64,000 nt of DNA from Octopus vulgaris. Its lineage: Eukaryota. The stretch covers positions 93,062,001-93,126,000 of the forward strand of contig OX597814.1 of NCBI GenBank assembly GCA_951406725.2. Reading direction: 5' to 3'. Shown piece by piece: positions 1-12,654 of this stretch (the stretch's first letter is position 1; every line of letters begins with the position of its first letter). A program made the translations under genes and the position numbers. The notes beneath the pieces are model-generated. The model saw only the letters and a program-made list of their open reading frames with translations. It did not search any database and was not told the DNA's origin.

Positions 1-480
1 TTCGGATAGTGCTTTTTATGTGCCACCAGCACAGGAGCCAGTCAGGCGGTCCTGGCATCGACCACGTCCAGATGGTGCTTTTTACATGTCACTGGCATGG
101 GAGCCAGTCAGGTGGGCCTGGCATAGTTCACGTTTGGATAGTGCTTTTTATGTTCCACTGGTATGGGAGCCACTCATGGGGCACTGACATCGGCCATGTT
201 TGGATGATGCATTTTACGTGCCACTGGAATGGGAGCCAGTCAGGAGGCACTGGCCTCAGCTACGATTTTGGTTTTACACACACACACACATATCATCATC
301 ATCATCGTTTAACGTCCGCTTTCCATGCTAGCATGGGTTGGACGGTTTAACTGGGGTCTGGGAAGCCCGAAGGCTATACCAGGCCAGTCAGATCTGGCGG
401 TGTTTCTACAGCTGGATGCCCTTCCTAACGCCAACCACTCCGTGAGTGTAGTGGGTGCTTTTTATGTGCCACCAGACTGG
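1..480 (-). repeat. Interspersed repeat with ~66-bp internal tandem units and a (GAT)n tail (RTE-like 3' end)
   Basis: Units of type GTGCTTTTTATGTGCCAC...GGGAGCCAGTC at 1-260; reverse tail ATCATCATCGTTTAACGTCCGCTTTCCATGCTAGCATGGGTTGG matches + copies ending at 5301 and 7720. Confidence 0.7.
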
Positions 481-614
481 CTCCCATTCCAGTGGCACGT
501 AAAATGCATCATCCAAACATGGCCGATGTCAGTGCCCCATGACTGGCTCCCATACCAGTGGAACATAAAAAGTACTATCCAAACGTGAACTATATATATA
601 TATATATATATATA

Positions 615-1026
615 ACGGGAAGCTTTATGAAAATAGACAAAAGACGAAGGCAGGTTTACAGAAATAAACAAAAGACGAAGGCAGGTGGAATACAAACAAA
701 CAATTGTATTAGTATGGCGCTCAGGAAATATAAATAAAACAAGTCTTTAACATTTCGAGCCTACGCTCTTCAACAGAAAGATACACAGAAAAAAAACACA
801 GAAAGAAGGAGAGAAAAAAATATGCGTGCAGAAGCTAGCGAATCAACATGGCGATCTGATTTCGGCCAGAAGTCAAAGATCAAACATGAGACGCAAGAGC
901 GAAATTAGGGGAGATAATAGGGTTGAATGACCTCGCTCCAACATAAGAGTGTGTGTGTGTGTGTGTATGAGAAGAGTGTGTTTGTGTGTAGGAGAGAGTA
1001 TTAGTGCGTATGAGAGGTCTGGACGT
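615..1026 (-). mobile_element. Penelope-like terminal fragment with a degenerate minimal hammerhead, embedded in (TA)n
   Basis: Homologous to 12830-13020, 54513-54697 and 55772-55899; minus strand 743-781 reads TCTTT-CTGTTGA-A-GAGCgtagGCTC-GAAATGTT-AAAGA. Confidence 0.55.
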
Positions 1027-1556
1027 GTATATATATATATATATGCACTTTTATTTTTTATTATATTTGTTTCACTCATTGGACTGCAGCCATACTGGAT
1101 CGTAGCCTTGAAGTATTAAATCAAACAAATTTCCCCCAGTACTTGTTTTAAGTCTGGTACTTAATGTGTATGCACACACATTCACACACTCACACACAAG
1201 TGCGCATACATACACACACACACATGTATGTATGTATGTATGTATTTGCCCTTTTCTTAATTTTTCAATGTTAGGATGTAATTCTACTTCATTATGTTGA
1301 TGCTCGTAAAAAGAATTCTAAATTTTTCTAACAAATGATATTTTCAAATGCTAACGGACATTAAATGATGATGATGATGATTTTCTAAAAAAACTACTAT
1401 TTTTTTGTGTAACAGCAGTTAGGTATTAGTCAAAGAGGATTTGATTATGTAATTTTCTGACAGCAGAATTTATTTAAAACTAATTATATTGATTTCTTAG
1501 CATTTTATTGTTATGTTAAATATATATTGTACTTCATGTGATACATAAATAATTGC

Positions 1557-1980
1557 TGTATAGAAAATGCAATCATAGAATTAATTAACATAAATAACTT
1601 GTGCTAATTGGAAATACAATAGGAGCCATTATTGTTGGTACATTGGATAGTATAAACAAGTAGTTTAAGTGCAGCTGTACCCAATTTTTCCATATGAAAG
1701 GGTCAATTTGAAGGATTAAATTTTGTCCGAGCTTAAATGTCCTGCGAAGGCTATGGGTACGGTCCATTTTTCCAGACCAAATCACAGAAAAAAAAAAGAT
1801 ATGTATAGAAGATGCAATCATAGAATTAATTAACATAAATAACTTGTGCTAATTGGAAATTCAATAGGAGCCATTATTGTTGGTAAATTGGATAGTATAA
1901 ACAAGTAGTTTAAGTGCAGCTGTACCCAATTTTTCCATATGAAAGGGTCAATTTGAAAGATTACCAAATCACGGAAAAAA
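1557..1980. repeat. Local tandem duplication (~160 bp, period ~245)
   Basis: 1557-1718 is nearly identical to 1802-1963; the second unit lacks an internal segment before ACCAAATCAC. Confidence 0.85.
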
Positions 1981-2103
1981 AAAAAATATGCTTGTGAAAC
2001 ATATCTTTAATTTTGCTGAAACATAACGTAATTAGTTGGTTTTAGGTTAAAATTTACTTAATATTCTATATTTGCAGGTGTATAAGTTACACTTAAAGCA
2101 AAT

Positions 2104-2326
2104 TTAACTCTTTAGCATTTAGATTACTTTATCAAATATAATGTGTTTTTATTCGTATTGTTTTGAACTAATCACACATTATTTTGTTTCTAGATTTCAG
2201 TATGATTGTTTAATTTTAGACTGACATTGTGGGGTAGGCGTGAGAAGCCAGATCTAGCTGGTTTGAACATAAAAACTGGTTGAATATTTGGACCTGATAT
2301 GGCTGGTTTAAATGCTAAAGGGTTAA
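2104..2326. mobile_element. piggyBac-like MITE (related copies ~3423-3649, 8240-8407, 43210-43440)
   Basis: Ends TTAACTCTTTAGCATTT ... AAATGCTAAAGGGTTAA are terminal inverted repeats bounded by TTAA. Confidence 0.65.
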
Positions 2327-2587
2327 TGTTTGATTATGCACTCATGCACTTCGTATACTGTTTGTAATATGGTTGCATTAGATGCATAGTAATTTTTTGC
2401 TATATTTAAGAATATGAAAAAAGTGTCTTTTACCCTGGCATATATAGTAATGTGTGTTTTGGTATCATACCTAATGCTATCTAATTTTGGGTGGGGAAAG
2501 ATTAGTTGACATTATCATTCATTATTGGATATTTCTAATCATGGAAAGTAAAACAATTAACAATTTAAAAAAAATTTATTTATAACA

Positions 2588-2994
2588 GGCGCAGGAGTGG
2601 CTGTGTGGTAAGTAGCTTGCTAACCAACCACATGGTTCTGGGTTCAGTCCCACTGCGTGGCATCTTGGGCAAGTGTCTTCTGCTATAGCCCCGGGCCGAC
2701 CAATGCCTTGTGAGTGGATTTGGTAGACGGAAACTGAAAGAAGCCTGTCGTATATATGTATGTATATATATATATGTGTGTTTGTGTGTCTGTGTTTGTC
2801 CCCCTAGCATTGCTTGACAACCGATGCTGGTGTGTTTACGTCCCCGTCACTTAGCGGTTCGGCAAAAGAGACCGATAGAATAAGTACTGGGCTTACAAAG
2901 AATAAGTCCCGGGGTCGATTTGCTCGACTAAAGGCGGTGCTCCAGCATGGCCGCAGTCAAATGACTGAAACAAGTAAAAGAGTAAAAGAGAGAG
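2588..2994 (+). mobile_element. tRNA-derived SINE, family A (CORE-like body)
   Basis: A-box-like TGGCTGTGTGG, B-box-like GGTTCAGTCCC, CORE-like CTTGGGCAAGTG, tail AAACAAGTAAAAGAGTAAAAG; many copies in the window. Confidence 0.8.
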
Positions 2995-3320
2995 TAAATA
3001 ACAGTGTTTGGGTTATTTATTTTGATCTTTGCTAATTACATTGATAAAGAAAAATAAAGCAAATGTTATAAGAGCATTGCTGTTCACTTAAAGTATTGAA
3101 ATACAGAAGTAGGAAATGAAAATGGAAATCTTCGTTCCCAAAATATAAAAATACAAAGGTTTTTTTGGTAAAACTTTCTGGAAGCTTTCTTTATTTCCTT
3201 TTACATTTTCTAAAACAAATGTTATTTAATAAATCAATTTATTCAGTTTTAGTGTATTGTTTCTTAGGGTTTCTTTTTTTTGTTAATTTTATTGACCTTT
3301 TGTTTTCTTTCTTTATCCAG

Positions 3321-3412
3321 AATTTTCATTCAGTGATGAGTTGAAATTAATATCTTCAGAAGCATCGATATTTTTTGGCTTGTTAGCTAGTGCCTTTGAA
3401 GGAATTGGAACT
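3321..3412 (+). CDS. Amino-acid transporter (AAAP/Aa_trans, SLC36/AVT3-like), internal exon
   Basis: Pyrimidine tract + CAG acceptor, GTGAGT donor; encodes FSFSDELKLISSEASIFFGLLASAFEGIGT, containing the family AFEGIG motif; phase 0 to next exon. Confidence 0.9.
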
Positions 3413-4137
3413 GTGAGTATGTTTAATCCTTTAGCATTCAAATTACTCTGTCAAATGTAATGCTTATTTATTTACATTATTTTGAATTAACCATGCACTA
3501 TCTCACAACTTTGAGATTTCAGTGATGTAATGGTTTGTTTTTAGATTGACATTGTAGGTGTGTGTGAGAGGCCAGAGCTGGTCAGTTTGAACATAAAACA
3601 GGCAAAATATTTGGGCCTGATATAACCAGTTTAAATGTTTATGGGTTAAGTTATTCATTATTTGAATGACATAGTAGCTAATGAAATATGATACTTTATA
3701 AGGTAACTACTCTCCTGGATGGACTACTGATGCTCCTGGCTAAAGCATGTATTCAGCATTCCCTCTAAACTCTGTGTGCCATTACACAGTTGCTGTATTG
3801 CTGTTGTGCACATCCAAATGTTGTTATTCATTTTAATTTACAAGTGTCTTCTTCTATAACCCTGGGTCACTCAAAACCTTGTGAGTTGATTTGGTAGACA
3901 GAAACTGTAAGAAGCCCATCTTGTGTGTCTATGATCATCATTGTCACCCTTCAGTATGTTTTCCATGCTGGCATAAGTTGGACAGTTTTACTAGACCTGG
4001 CAAGCCAGAGAGCTGCACCAAGTTCTGATCTGATTTGGTTTGGTTTCTATGACTTGATGCCCTTTCTAGCGCCAATCACTTTACAAGGTCTGCTGGCTGC
4101 TTTTTATGTGACAAAATGAAATGGGTATTACTACTCA

Positions 4138-4382
4138 ATTCCCAGACCGGGTGTTGTGAGTGTTTATTGAGCGAAAACACCTAAAAGCTCCACGAAGCTC
4201 TGGCAGGGGGTGGTGATCCCTGCTGTACTCTTTCACCACTCTTTCTCTCACTCTTTCTTCTGTTGGCCTGCTCACTTAGCCAGCGGGGTGGCGTCATTCG
4301 AAAGCTAAAGCAATGCGAACGCATTGTGACCAGCGATGTGTAGCAACATCTGATGGTCTGGTCGGTCACGTTATCACGTGAT
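4138..4382 (+). mobile_element. SINE family C, 5'-truncated
   Basis: Reverse complement of the copy at 51206-51511. Confidence 0.7.
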
Positions 4383-4699
4383 ATATATATATATATAATG
4401 TGTGTGTATGTGTTACTGTCTTCTTGCCTCATAGTTGCTAATGAGTGACACTGTAATGCAAGTGGTGTTCTTCATTTTCAGTATTCTGTAGAAAGATATC
4501 TGTCTGATCATAGGAGAATATTACCTTACTTGGAAACAAGTGAGGGTTTGCAAGAAAAAGTTACATCCAATTATAGAAAAATCTGTCTCAAGAAAAAAAA
4601 ATTCCCATCCAATCATGCATGCATGGAAAAGTGGATGTTAAAACAAAGCTGATGATTATGGTATGCTTGATAAACCACATTGAAGTTTGAAATCTGTGA

Positions 4700-5301
4700 A
4701 CTAAAACTTTTTTGGCTCGAAGCATTAGAAGTTTTACTCAGGAAAGTCCACTTATGCATACCTTTCCTTCATTGGACACTAAACTCTGCTTGCAAAGACC
4801 TGTTGAGGCAAGTGAAATCGAAATTGAAATCAAATTCAATGACTGACATCCGTGCTAGTGGGGCACTAAGAGTACCATACGAGTGTGATCATTGCCAGAG
4901 CAACAAGCTGGCATCCGTGCCGATGGCATGTAAAAAACACCATTCGAGCGTGATTGTTACCCACGTCGCCTTACTGGCACTTGTGCTGGTAGCATGTGAA
5001 AAAACATTTGAGTGAGGTTGTTGCCAGTGCCACTGGACTGGCTCCTGTGCAGGTGGCACATAAAAAGCACCATTTGAGCATGGCCATTGCCAGTACTGCC
5101 TTACTGGCCCTCGTGCCGGTGGCACGTAAAAGCACCCACTACACTCTCGGAGTGGTTGGCGTTAGGAAGGGCATCCAGCTGTAGAAACTCTGCCAGATCA
5201 GATTGGAGTCTGGTGCAGCCATCTGGTTTGCCAGACCTCAGTCAAATCGTCCAACCCATGCTAGCATGGAAAGTGGACGTTAAACGATGATGATGATGAT
5301 G
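4700..5301 (+). mobile_element. Interspersed repeat with ~66-bp tandem units and (GAT)n tail
   Basis: Same family as 1-480 and 7040-7720; ends GGACGTTAAACGATGATGATGATG. Confidence 0.7.
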
Positions 5302-5644
5302 ACAACTGCTTGTAATAACAATTGCGATTGTTTAGTTCCAGGTCAGTCTTGATGCTAAAATGTAACAACCACTGAAGCTACTTTAATCATATGCCTTTTT
5401 TAGGAGTGTGGTATAAAAATTGTTCTGGTCTACTTAACTAATGAATAACATCTGTTGTATTTCACAGATGAGTAATTGAAGGTTTTTAGCAAATGACTAA
5501 CAAGTCATATTTCACAGATGAGTAATTAAAGGATTTTAACACAAAAGAAAACAAAATATCAAACGCCTATTCAATTTCACTGCATAATTATTTTATCCTA
5601 TTTAATTTGAAACGCAGAAAATAAGGAAGGTATAAAATATTGAT

Positions 5645-6365
5645 TTGCGTTGGACAAAACACATCGCTAAAATTGTCAAGAAGGCTGAGGGTGTCTTGGC
5701 ATCACTCACCAAATCCTTTGTGAGCCGCTCTCCGGCTATCTGTCTGTGGCTTTATATAGCTATGGTAAGACCTCACCTAGAATTTGCATCACCGGTCTGG
5801 AACCCCTATCTTGCCCAGGATATCAATCGTCTGGAAGCTGTTCAGCGATGTGCAACCAAAAGAATACCCTCCATCAGGCATTTGCCATATCCTGAACGCC
5901 TTACTTCCCTGGGCATGGACACATTGAAACTCCGATGTCTGGCAGCTGACTTGGCAGACACCCATAAAATTATCAACCATCGTACAAACAATAACTCTGA
6001 GCACCTTTTCAAACTCCACCCATCTAACACCCGTGGACATATTTACAAAGTAAGAAAACAGCACAGCTCCCATGACTTCAGGAAACATTTTTTCACGCTG
6101 AGAGTTGCTGAAGCATGGAACAAACTGCCGGCATCAGTTGTTAGTTGTCGGAGCACTGCATCCTTCAAAACTTCCATGTTTCCTGAGATTCGCCAACACT
6201 ACACTTGATTTTCTCCCCTCCATACACACACAAGCATGTATCTGACTCATACATTGTTCGCTTTCCAGACATTTCTACATTACTGCATGTACTTTATATG
6301 CACTTTCTGACAAGTTGTGGTGCACCTGAGCACTGTATACAATAATTTCATTATATATTATATAT
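5645..6365 (+). mobile_element. 5'-truncated CR1/L2-group LINE (C-terminal end of ORF2 plus 3' UTR)
   Basis: ORF 5645-6208 has LYIAMVRPHLEFASPVWNPY...LEAVQRCATKRI...YPERL...NTRGH...FFTLRVAEAWNKLP, typical of the post-RT region of CR1/L2-group ORF2; AT-rich repeat tail. Confidence 0.85.
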
Positions 6366-7350
6366 TGTAAGGGATGTCCCAACTTCCTACTTATTGAAGA
6401 AGCTTTCATAGTCTCACAACCTGCTAGAAATAGTTTAGTTCCAGATTGCAAGCTGGCAGAAACATTAGCGTGCCAGACAAAATGCTTACCGGTATTTCGT
6501 CTGCCATTACATTCTGAGTTCAAATTCTGCCATGGTTGATTTGCCTTTCATCTTTTCGGGGTCGATAAATAAAGTACCAGTTACACACTGGGTTCAATGT
6601 AATCGACTTAATCCGTTTGTCTGTCCTTGTTTGTCCTCTTTATATTTAGCTCGTTATGGGCAATTAGGAAATAAATAGTTTAGTTCCAGGTCAGTCTTGA
6701 TGCTAAACAGCAACAAGTGTGAAGACACACTTCATTGGGAAACAGAATCCCACCCTAACAAAAGAGAATTGGATATTTGGAAGTTCATATTTTGCATTCT
6801 CAAATCTTATTGCTTAATTGTTAATTGTAAGCACCTTTTAGGTACAGTGTTCTTTGGACCCATGAAAGTATATATCTTTAACTGGCAACAAGGCTTCCTT
6901 CCTTTATATGTAATAGTAATATATTCTTAACATGTATGAACATTTATATGTAATAGTAATATATTCTTAACATGAGTTCATGGCTGTTTCTTGCACCATT
7001 TTCACAAAGCAGCCCCAGCCCTTCCAAAGTAACTTGGATTACAGAACGGCCTGCTGTGCTTACCTTGGATTGTTGGGCGACCTGCTGTACTTGAGGAGAC
7101 CTATTGAGTCAAGTACATCAACATCAAAATAAAAATCAAATGGATATTGTAGTTATGATATCTGTGCTGGTGGCATGTAAAAAGCACCATTCAAACATAG
7201 CCGATGTCAGCGCTGCCTTGACCGGCTCCCATGCCGGTGGAACATAAAAGGCACCAACTGATCGTGGTCACTGCCAGCCTCCCTTGGCACCCATGCCTGT
7301 GGCATGTAAAAAGCACCCACTACACTCATGGAGTGGTTGGCATTAGTATG

Positions 7351-7581
7351 GTGGCGAGCTGGCAGAAACATTAGCACATCAGGCGAAATGCTTAGCGGTA
7401 TTTCGTCTGCCGTTGTGTTCTGAGTTCAAATTCCGCCGAGGTCGACTTTGCCTTTCATCCTTTCGGGGTCGATTAAATAAGTACCAGTTACGCACTGGGG
7501 TCGATATAATCGACTTAATCCATTTGTCTGTCCTTGTTTGTCCTCTCTGTGTTTGGCCCCTTGTGGGTAGTAAAGAAATAG
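7351..7581 (+). mobile_element. tRNA-derived SINE, family B (Meta-domain-like), nested in a (GAT)n-tail repeat
   Basis: GGCGAGCTGGCAGAA head, B-box GAGTTCAAATTCC, body GTCGACTTTGCCTTTCATCCTTTCGGGGTCGA; CATTAG repeated on both flanks. Other copies at 6450-6675, 12120-12312(-), 15605-15842(-), 35060-35270(-), 62120-62250. Confidence 0.8.
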
Positions 7582-7848
7582 ACATTAGGAAGTGCATCCA
7601 GCTGTAGAAACACTGCCAAATCAGACTGGAGCTTGATGCAGCCTCCTGGCTTCCCAGACACTGGTCGACAGTCCAACCCATGCTAGCATGGAAAACAGAC
7701 GTTAAACGATGATGCTGATGATGATTCTTGTTTTCTTATGTTACTTTGTTGTTCCACTGTTAATCACTGCACCAACAGTGCAAAAATGTTGCTTGAAACA
7801 AATTCATACATTATGTGTAATCATTTCTTTGTTTCTTTTTTCTTGCAG

Positions 7849-8128
7849 ATTATTCCAATTGAAAGTAGTATGGATGGGAACCGCCACAATTTCCCTAAAT
7901 TTCTTAACGGTGCTATACTGATAGTTAGCTTCATTCTGCTGGTGCTTGGTTTGTTTGGTTACCTACGGTTTGGCTCTCATGTTAACCAATTGATCAACCT
8001 GTCCCTTATTCATAGTGGTTTAGGTGCGCATTTGCTTAATGCCTGCCTCATTGTAGCTGTGATCTGTACATATCCTCTAATGATTTATCCTGTGTTGCAG
8101 ATGATTGAAAACTTTGTCTTTGTGCAAG
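7849..8128 (+). CDS. Amino-acid transporter exon
   Basis: TTGCAG acceptor, G|GTAATT donor; IIPIESSMDGNRHNF...LGLFGYLRFG...ICTYPLMIYPVLQMIE matches Aa_trans motifs (LPIEN.M, GY..FG, TYPL); phase 0 in, phase 1 out. Confidence 0.93.
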
Positions 8129-9039
8129 GTAATTAGAATTAATAATTTTTTCTTTTTCTTTTTTTGAAATGCATTTGTTTGATTCTACGTGTGGACGAGA
8201 GAATGTTCCAGAAAATTTTCTTAATTTGGATATTGTTTAACCATTTCAGTGTTCAGATTATTCTGTCAAATGTTTTGAATTTACCCTGCATTCTCTTCTA
8301 ACCTTGATATTGTAGGGTAGGTGTAAGATGTTAGATCTGGACAGTTTGAACTTAAAACAGGTAGAATATTTGGGCTAGATATGGCTAGTTTAAATGCTAA
8401 AGGGTTAGTTTTCTGATTTTTTGTGATATCATTCTTGAAACCTTAATCTGCAATATTAATTTAAAAAGATAATTGAATTTTTATTTTTTTAATACTATTT
8501 TCACTCTTTGACAGGCCATGTAAATTCAACTCAATGCTATTATAAGATTTTGATTTCTGTAAAATATCACCTGGCTCTAATTTATTTAATACTCAATAGA
8601 TTTATATTAATAAAAAAAGATTGTATTACTTAAACCCTATTTGAAAAAAGAACTTTGGGCTTTAAGCTATATGTAATTCAAATTTTATGTAAGGCTCCTT
8701 CAAGTGAGTGTATTAATTTTCTAAGGTGTAGCTGTGTGGTTAAGACACTTTCTGCCCAACCATACGGTTATAGGTTCAATTCCACTGCATGGCACCTTGG
8801 ACAAGTCTTTTACTATAACCCCAGTCCAACCAAAGCTTCATGAGGAAGCCCATCATATTTGTGTATGTGTGTATCTAAATTTAGGGAATGGAGTTGATAA
8901 AATCCAGGCTACATCTTTCCTAACTAACAGAACCTTCTACATCAATAAACCACTATTGTTCCTAAAAGTATTTTTTTTACACATTCTTCAGACTCCTCAA
9001 AGCTTACTAACTCACTACACTAACCTTGGATCTTACTTT

Positions 9040-9088
<49 letters not shown>

Positions 9089-9539
9089 AAAGAATGTATG
9101 TGTGAGTTGGTGTCTTCTTTTCTTAACTTCATGTGATAGTTGTAAATAAGTGTTACTGTCGTACAAGCAGTGTTCTTTGATTCCAACCTTCTATGAAAGC
9201 ATGTCTGATTATGAAGTAATATTAAAACATTGCCTTCCTTGCAAACAAGTGAAAGTAGGCAACAGGAAGTGTATTAAGATGTAGAAAATCTGCCTCAGTA
9301 AATTCCATGTGAACATGTGAAAGGGGACATTAACATAATGACAATAGGGTTTCATAACTTTGCTGGAAAGATATCAGATATTCTGATGCGATCAGCTTCA
9401 GGAACGATGTTCTTCAGAGCTGAGAAAATCCTTCAGTGATGTTCCAATCGCCTTCTAAGTTGTACCCCATATCCTGTATGATTAGTTGAATATTTATCCC
9501 TACTTTAATGTGGACATTCTGTTAGTATAAACGATAAAC

Positions 9540-9839
9540 GTCACCCTTTTCAAGCCTAGCCAGGCTCATGGGCCCGGTCTCCTGGTTTCTGTGGTGTATT
9601 TGTTCCCCCCAGCTGGACAGGATGCCAGTCCATCGCAGTGTTACTCAAGAAACAGGAAGAGAGAATGAGAGAAAGTTGTAGTGAAAGAGTACATCAGGGG
9701 TCGCCACCACCCACTGCCAGAGCTTCATAGAGATTTAGGTGTTATCGCTCAATAAACACACAACGCCCAGTCTGGGAATCGAAACCGCGATCCTCTGACC
9801 GCGAGTCCACTGCCCTAACAACTGGTCCATTGCGCCTCC
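9540..9839 (-). mobile_element. tRNA-derived SINE, family C
   Basis: Minus-strand head GGAGGCGCAATGGACCAGTTGTTAGGGCAGTGGACTCGCGGTC...GTTTCGATTCCC with A/B boxes. Confidence 0.75.
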
Positions 9840-10825
9840 ACAGAATGAACTATACTACAATAGATACTATGAGAGAAATTCCCGTATTAGCTTTTAATGC
9901 AAAATAGAACTCTTGTTTATATCACTAGCGGGGCGACAAATCCCCATCATTTCCAGTGCTGAGACCACCATATCATGTGATTTTGACCTTCCTTGGTCTT
10001 AGCAATGATAGACACTCAACTGCTAGAGATAGCAGCAACTTATCTCCCTCCCAGTGATATATAGAATTACAGTGCCTAAACATTATCATACTTTTGGTAA
10101 TTGTTTCTAACTTAAGCACAAAACCAACAGTTTTGTGAGGTTGAGTTTAGTTGATTATATTGACCCCAGCACTTGACTGGTACCATATTTTTTATCAACC
10201 CTGGAGGGATGAAAGATAAAGTTCATTAGTGAGATTTGATCTAAAATATTAAGAGCTGTAACAAATACCACAAAGCATTTTGTGTAGTGCCCTAACTATT
10301 CTACTAATCCACTGTTCTTATACTTCTCTGTATTTAATACTTTGAACCTAAATCTGGTGTATAAATAACTGTGTTGCTTGAACTGGTTTGTTTTAAAGTC
10401 CGTCATAAACTTGTTTTATTTAGTAATTAATTAGGCATTACAATGCTGTATAATAAATGGAATCATTGTTCTTGTGATTAATTTGCTGAAGCAATATTTG
10501 AAGTGTCACGCAGTTTTCAAGCTATATCCATACAAGAAATAATATTTATAACTACTATCTTCCTTGTTTCTGCTATCATTAATTCCATCATTTTGAAGTT
10601 CACACGTGCAACTAATCTTACACTACGCAGCTATGTCTAAGGGCAGTAACTATAAAAATATTTGATGTAGGTTTTTTCGAGTTACCTCCCCTATTTAAAC
10701 CACATTCTCTTCTGATTTTTTTTTATTTATTTGTTTGTAATTATTAAAAGCAATCGATATTCATTATATTTTCATATACAAAACACTTGCATAGATATAT
10801 TTATATTTATATATTCATATTACAG

Positions 10826-10920
10826 AAACAATAACTGACAATGAGACCATGTCCACAAATCTCCTAGATTCATTTGAAGAGGATTATCCATTACCTGTAA
10901 CCAAACCAATTCCTTCATCA
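10826..10920 (+). CDS. Amino-acid transporter exon (hydrophilic loop)
   Basis: TTACAG acceptor, GTGAGT donor; phase 1 in, phase 0 out, needed to keep frame between flanking exons; (E)TITDNETMSTNLLDSFEEDYPLPVTKPIPSS. Confidence 0.8.
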
Positions 10921-12548
10921 GTGAGTTTTTTGTTTTTTCGGTTTTTTTTTTTCTGTTGTCATCTGCAACAATTTATTCATGAAAAACATCATCTTAGACT
11001 GTGCCTCTGTTCTATTTGTATTGGGCGCCCAATTATACATTTAACATTAATGATACAAGAGTTGGGCTGCCATCACTACACTTATATAGAAGAGAGGCCC
11101 AATGGAGAAACTTCGTAGTAGTATGTCTTGCTAAAAAAGGAAGCTAATCATTACTATCTTTTGTAAGTCTACTTTTGTACAGTCAGGTGTTCTTCCTGTT
11201 GCTAGCCCTCATTTGTTTCCCAGTCAGGTAATAGTTCCCCATTATCTGACATTTTTCACAGAAGATTTGGAGTGAATAACATCACTTGCATGATGGAAGC
11301 TTTTATTTTCCAACTATCTTGCAATGTCAAGGCAAAAATACAGTAACACGCGCGCGTGCACGACGGGTTTCTTACAGTTTCAATCTACCAAATTCACTCA
11401 AAGCTTTGGACAGCCTTAAAGGTTATTGAAACTTTCTTTCACATGAAAAAATCTTGTCTATTTGCATTTTTGTTCCTAGATCATATAGTGGTGTGATAAG
11501 AAAGAAGCATCCAGAATGGTGTTAACATGCTTATGTCCAAACGAAATGACTACATTATGTCATAAGAGAGAACAACTTTTCAAATTGCCACTGAAAACTA
11601 CAACCATTGTAACTTGACTCTTAAGTCTTATCCTTGTCTTGGCATCATGTAATCATCATCATCATCATCATCATCATCATTTAACAACTACTCTTCCTGC
11701 TTGCTGATAAGCTAGAGAGCTGCACCAGGTTCCAGTCTAATTTGGCATGATTTCTATAGCTGGGAATCTTTCTTTATGCCAACCACTCCAAAAGTGTAAT
11801 GGATGCTTTTATACGACTCTGACATGAGTACCATTTACATGGTACCAGCAATGACCATGATGACAATGCATGGGTTCCATTTACTTGACACCGGCATGAC
11901 CACAACTATGTTGCATAGGTGCCATTTACATGGCACTGGTAACAACCACAACTACAATTTATGAGTCCCATTTACATGGCACCGACAACATTGATGATTC
12001 ACAGGTGCCCTGTGATGATTATAAATGAGTATTTCCATTATACAAGTGATGGTGATTGTTTCCTGTCTCCCATGAAAAAAAAAATGTCTGGTCATAGGAA
12101 ATAAATTGGTTTCAAAAAGACCAGAAATTTCAAGGAAGGGGATAAATCAATTACGTCAACTCCAGTGCTCAACTAATACTTACTTTATCAACCTTGATAG
12201 GATGAAAAGGCAAAGTCAACCTTGGTAGAATTTAAACTCAGAACATAGAGACAGACAAAATGCTGCTATGCATTTTGCCTGGTGTGCTAACGATTCTGCC
12301 AGCTTGCCTCCCTAGTCATGGGAAATATTACTTTGCTTGCAAACAGGTGGCAGGAAGGGCATCTGGTTATAGAAAAACCTGCCTCTAAAAAATTTCCATT
12401 TGACGCATAAAAGCATGGAAAAGGGAACATTAAATAATTATGATAATAATGATGGTGATAATCCATCAGAGCTGAATGACTAGAAAATTAAAGCAAATAG
12501 AATTCATGAGAAAAATTATTTAAATGTTTTCCGTATCATTTTGTACAG

Positions 12549-12654
12549 GTTCCTTCTTGGAAAAGACATGGTGTTAGAATCTCTGTCATTACATCAACTA
12601 TTGGTTTTGGTATTCTCTTTCAACACCACTTTGCATACTTAACAGCTATTTTAG
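12549..12654 (+). CDS. Amino-acid transporter exon
   Basis: TACAG acceptor, G|GTGAGT donor; VPSWKRHGVRISVITSTIGFGILFQHHFAYLTAIL(G), a transmembrane segment; phase 0 in, phase 1 out. Confidence 0.88.

Noticed and set aside
1-260. Regularly spaced ~66-bp repeats resembling a CRISPR array
   Set aside because: Whole units are homologous (no unique spacers), the context is eukaryotic and there are no cas genes.
2071-2110. TTTGCAG|G acceptor as an additional upstream transporter exon
   Set aside because: No transporter-like translation or compatible phase-1 donor follows; it runs into a MITE.
9760-9839. tRNA-like sequence (also 2588, 7351, 33070, 51440)
   Set aside because: These are SINE heads continuing into SINE bodies; I could not draw a complete cloverleaf.
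10843-10870. Lysosomal dileucine signal in ETMSTNLL
   Set aside because: Spacing does not fit [DE]XXXL[LI].
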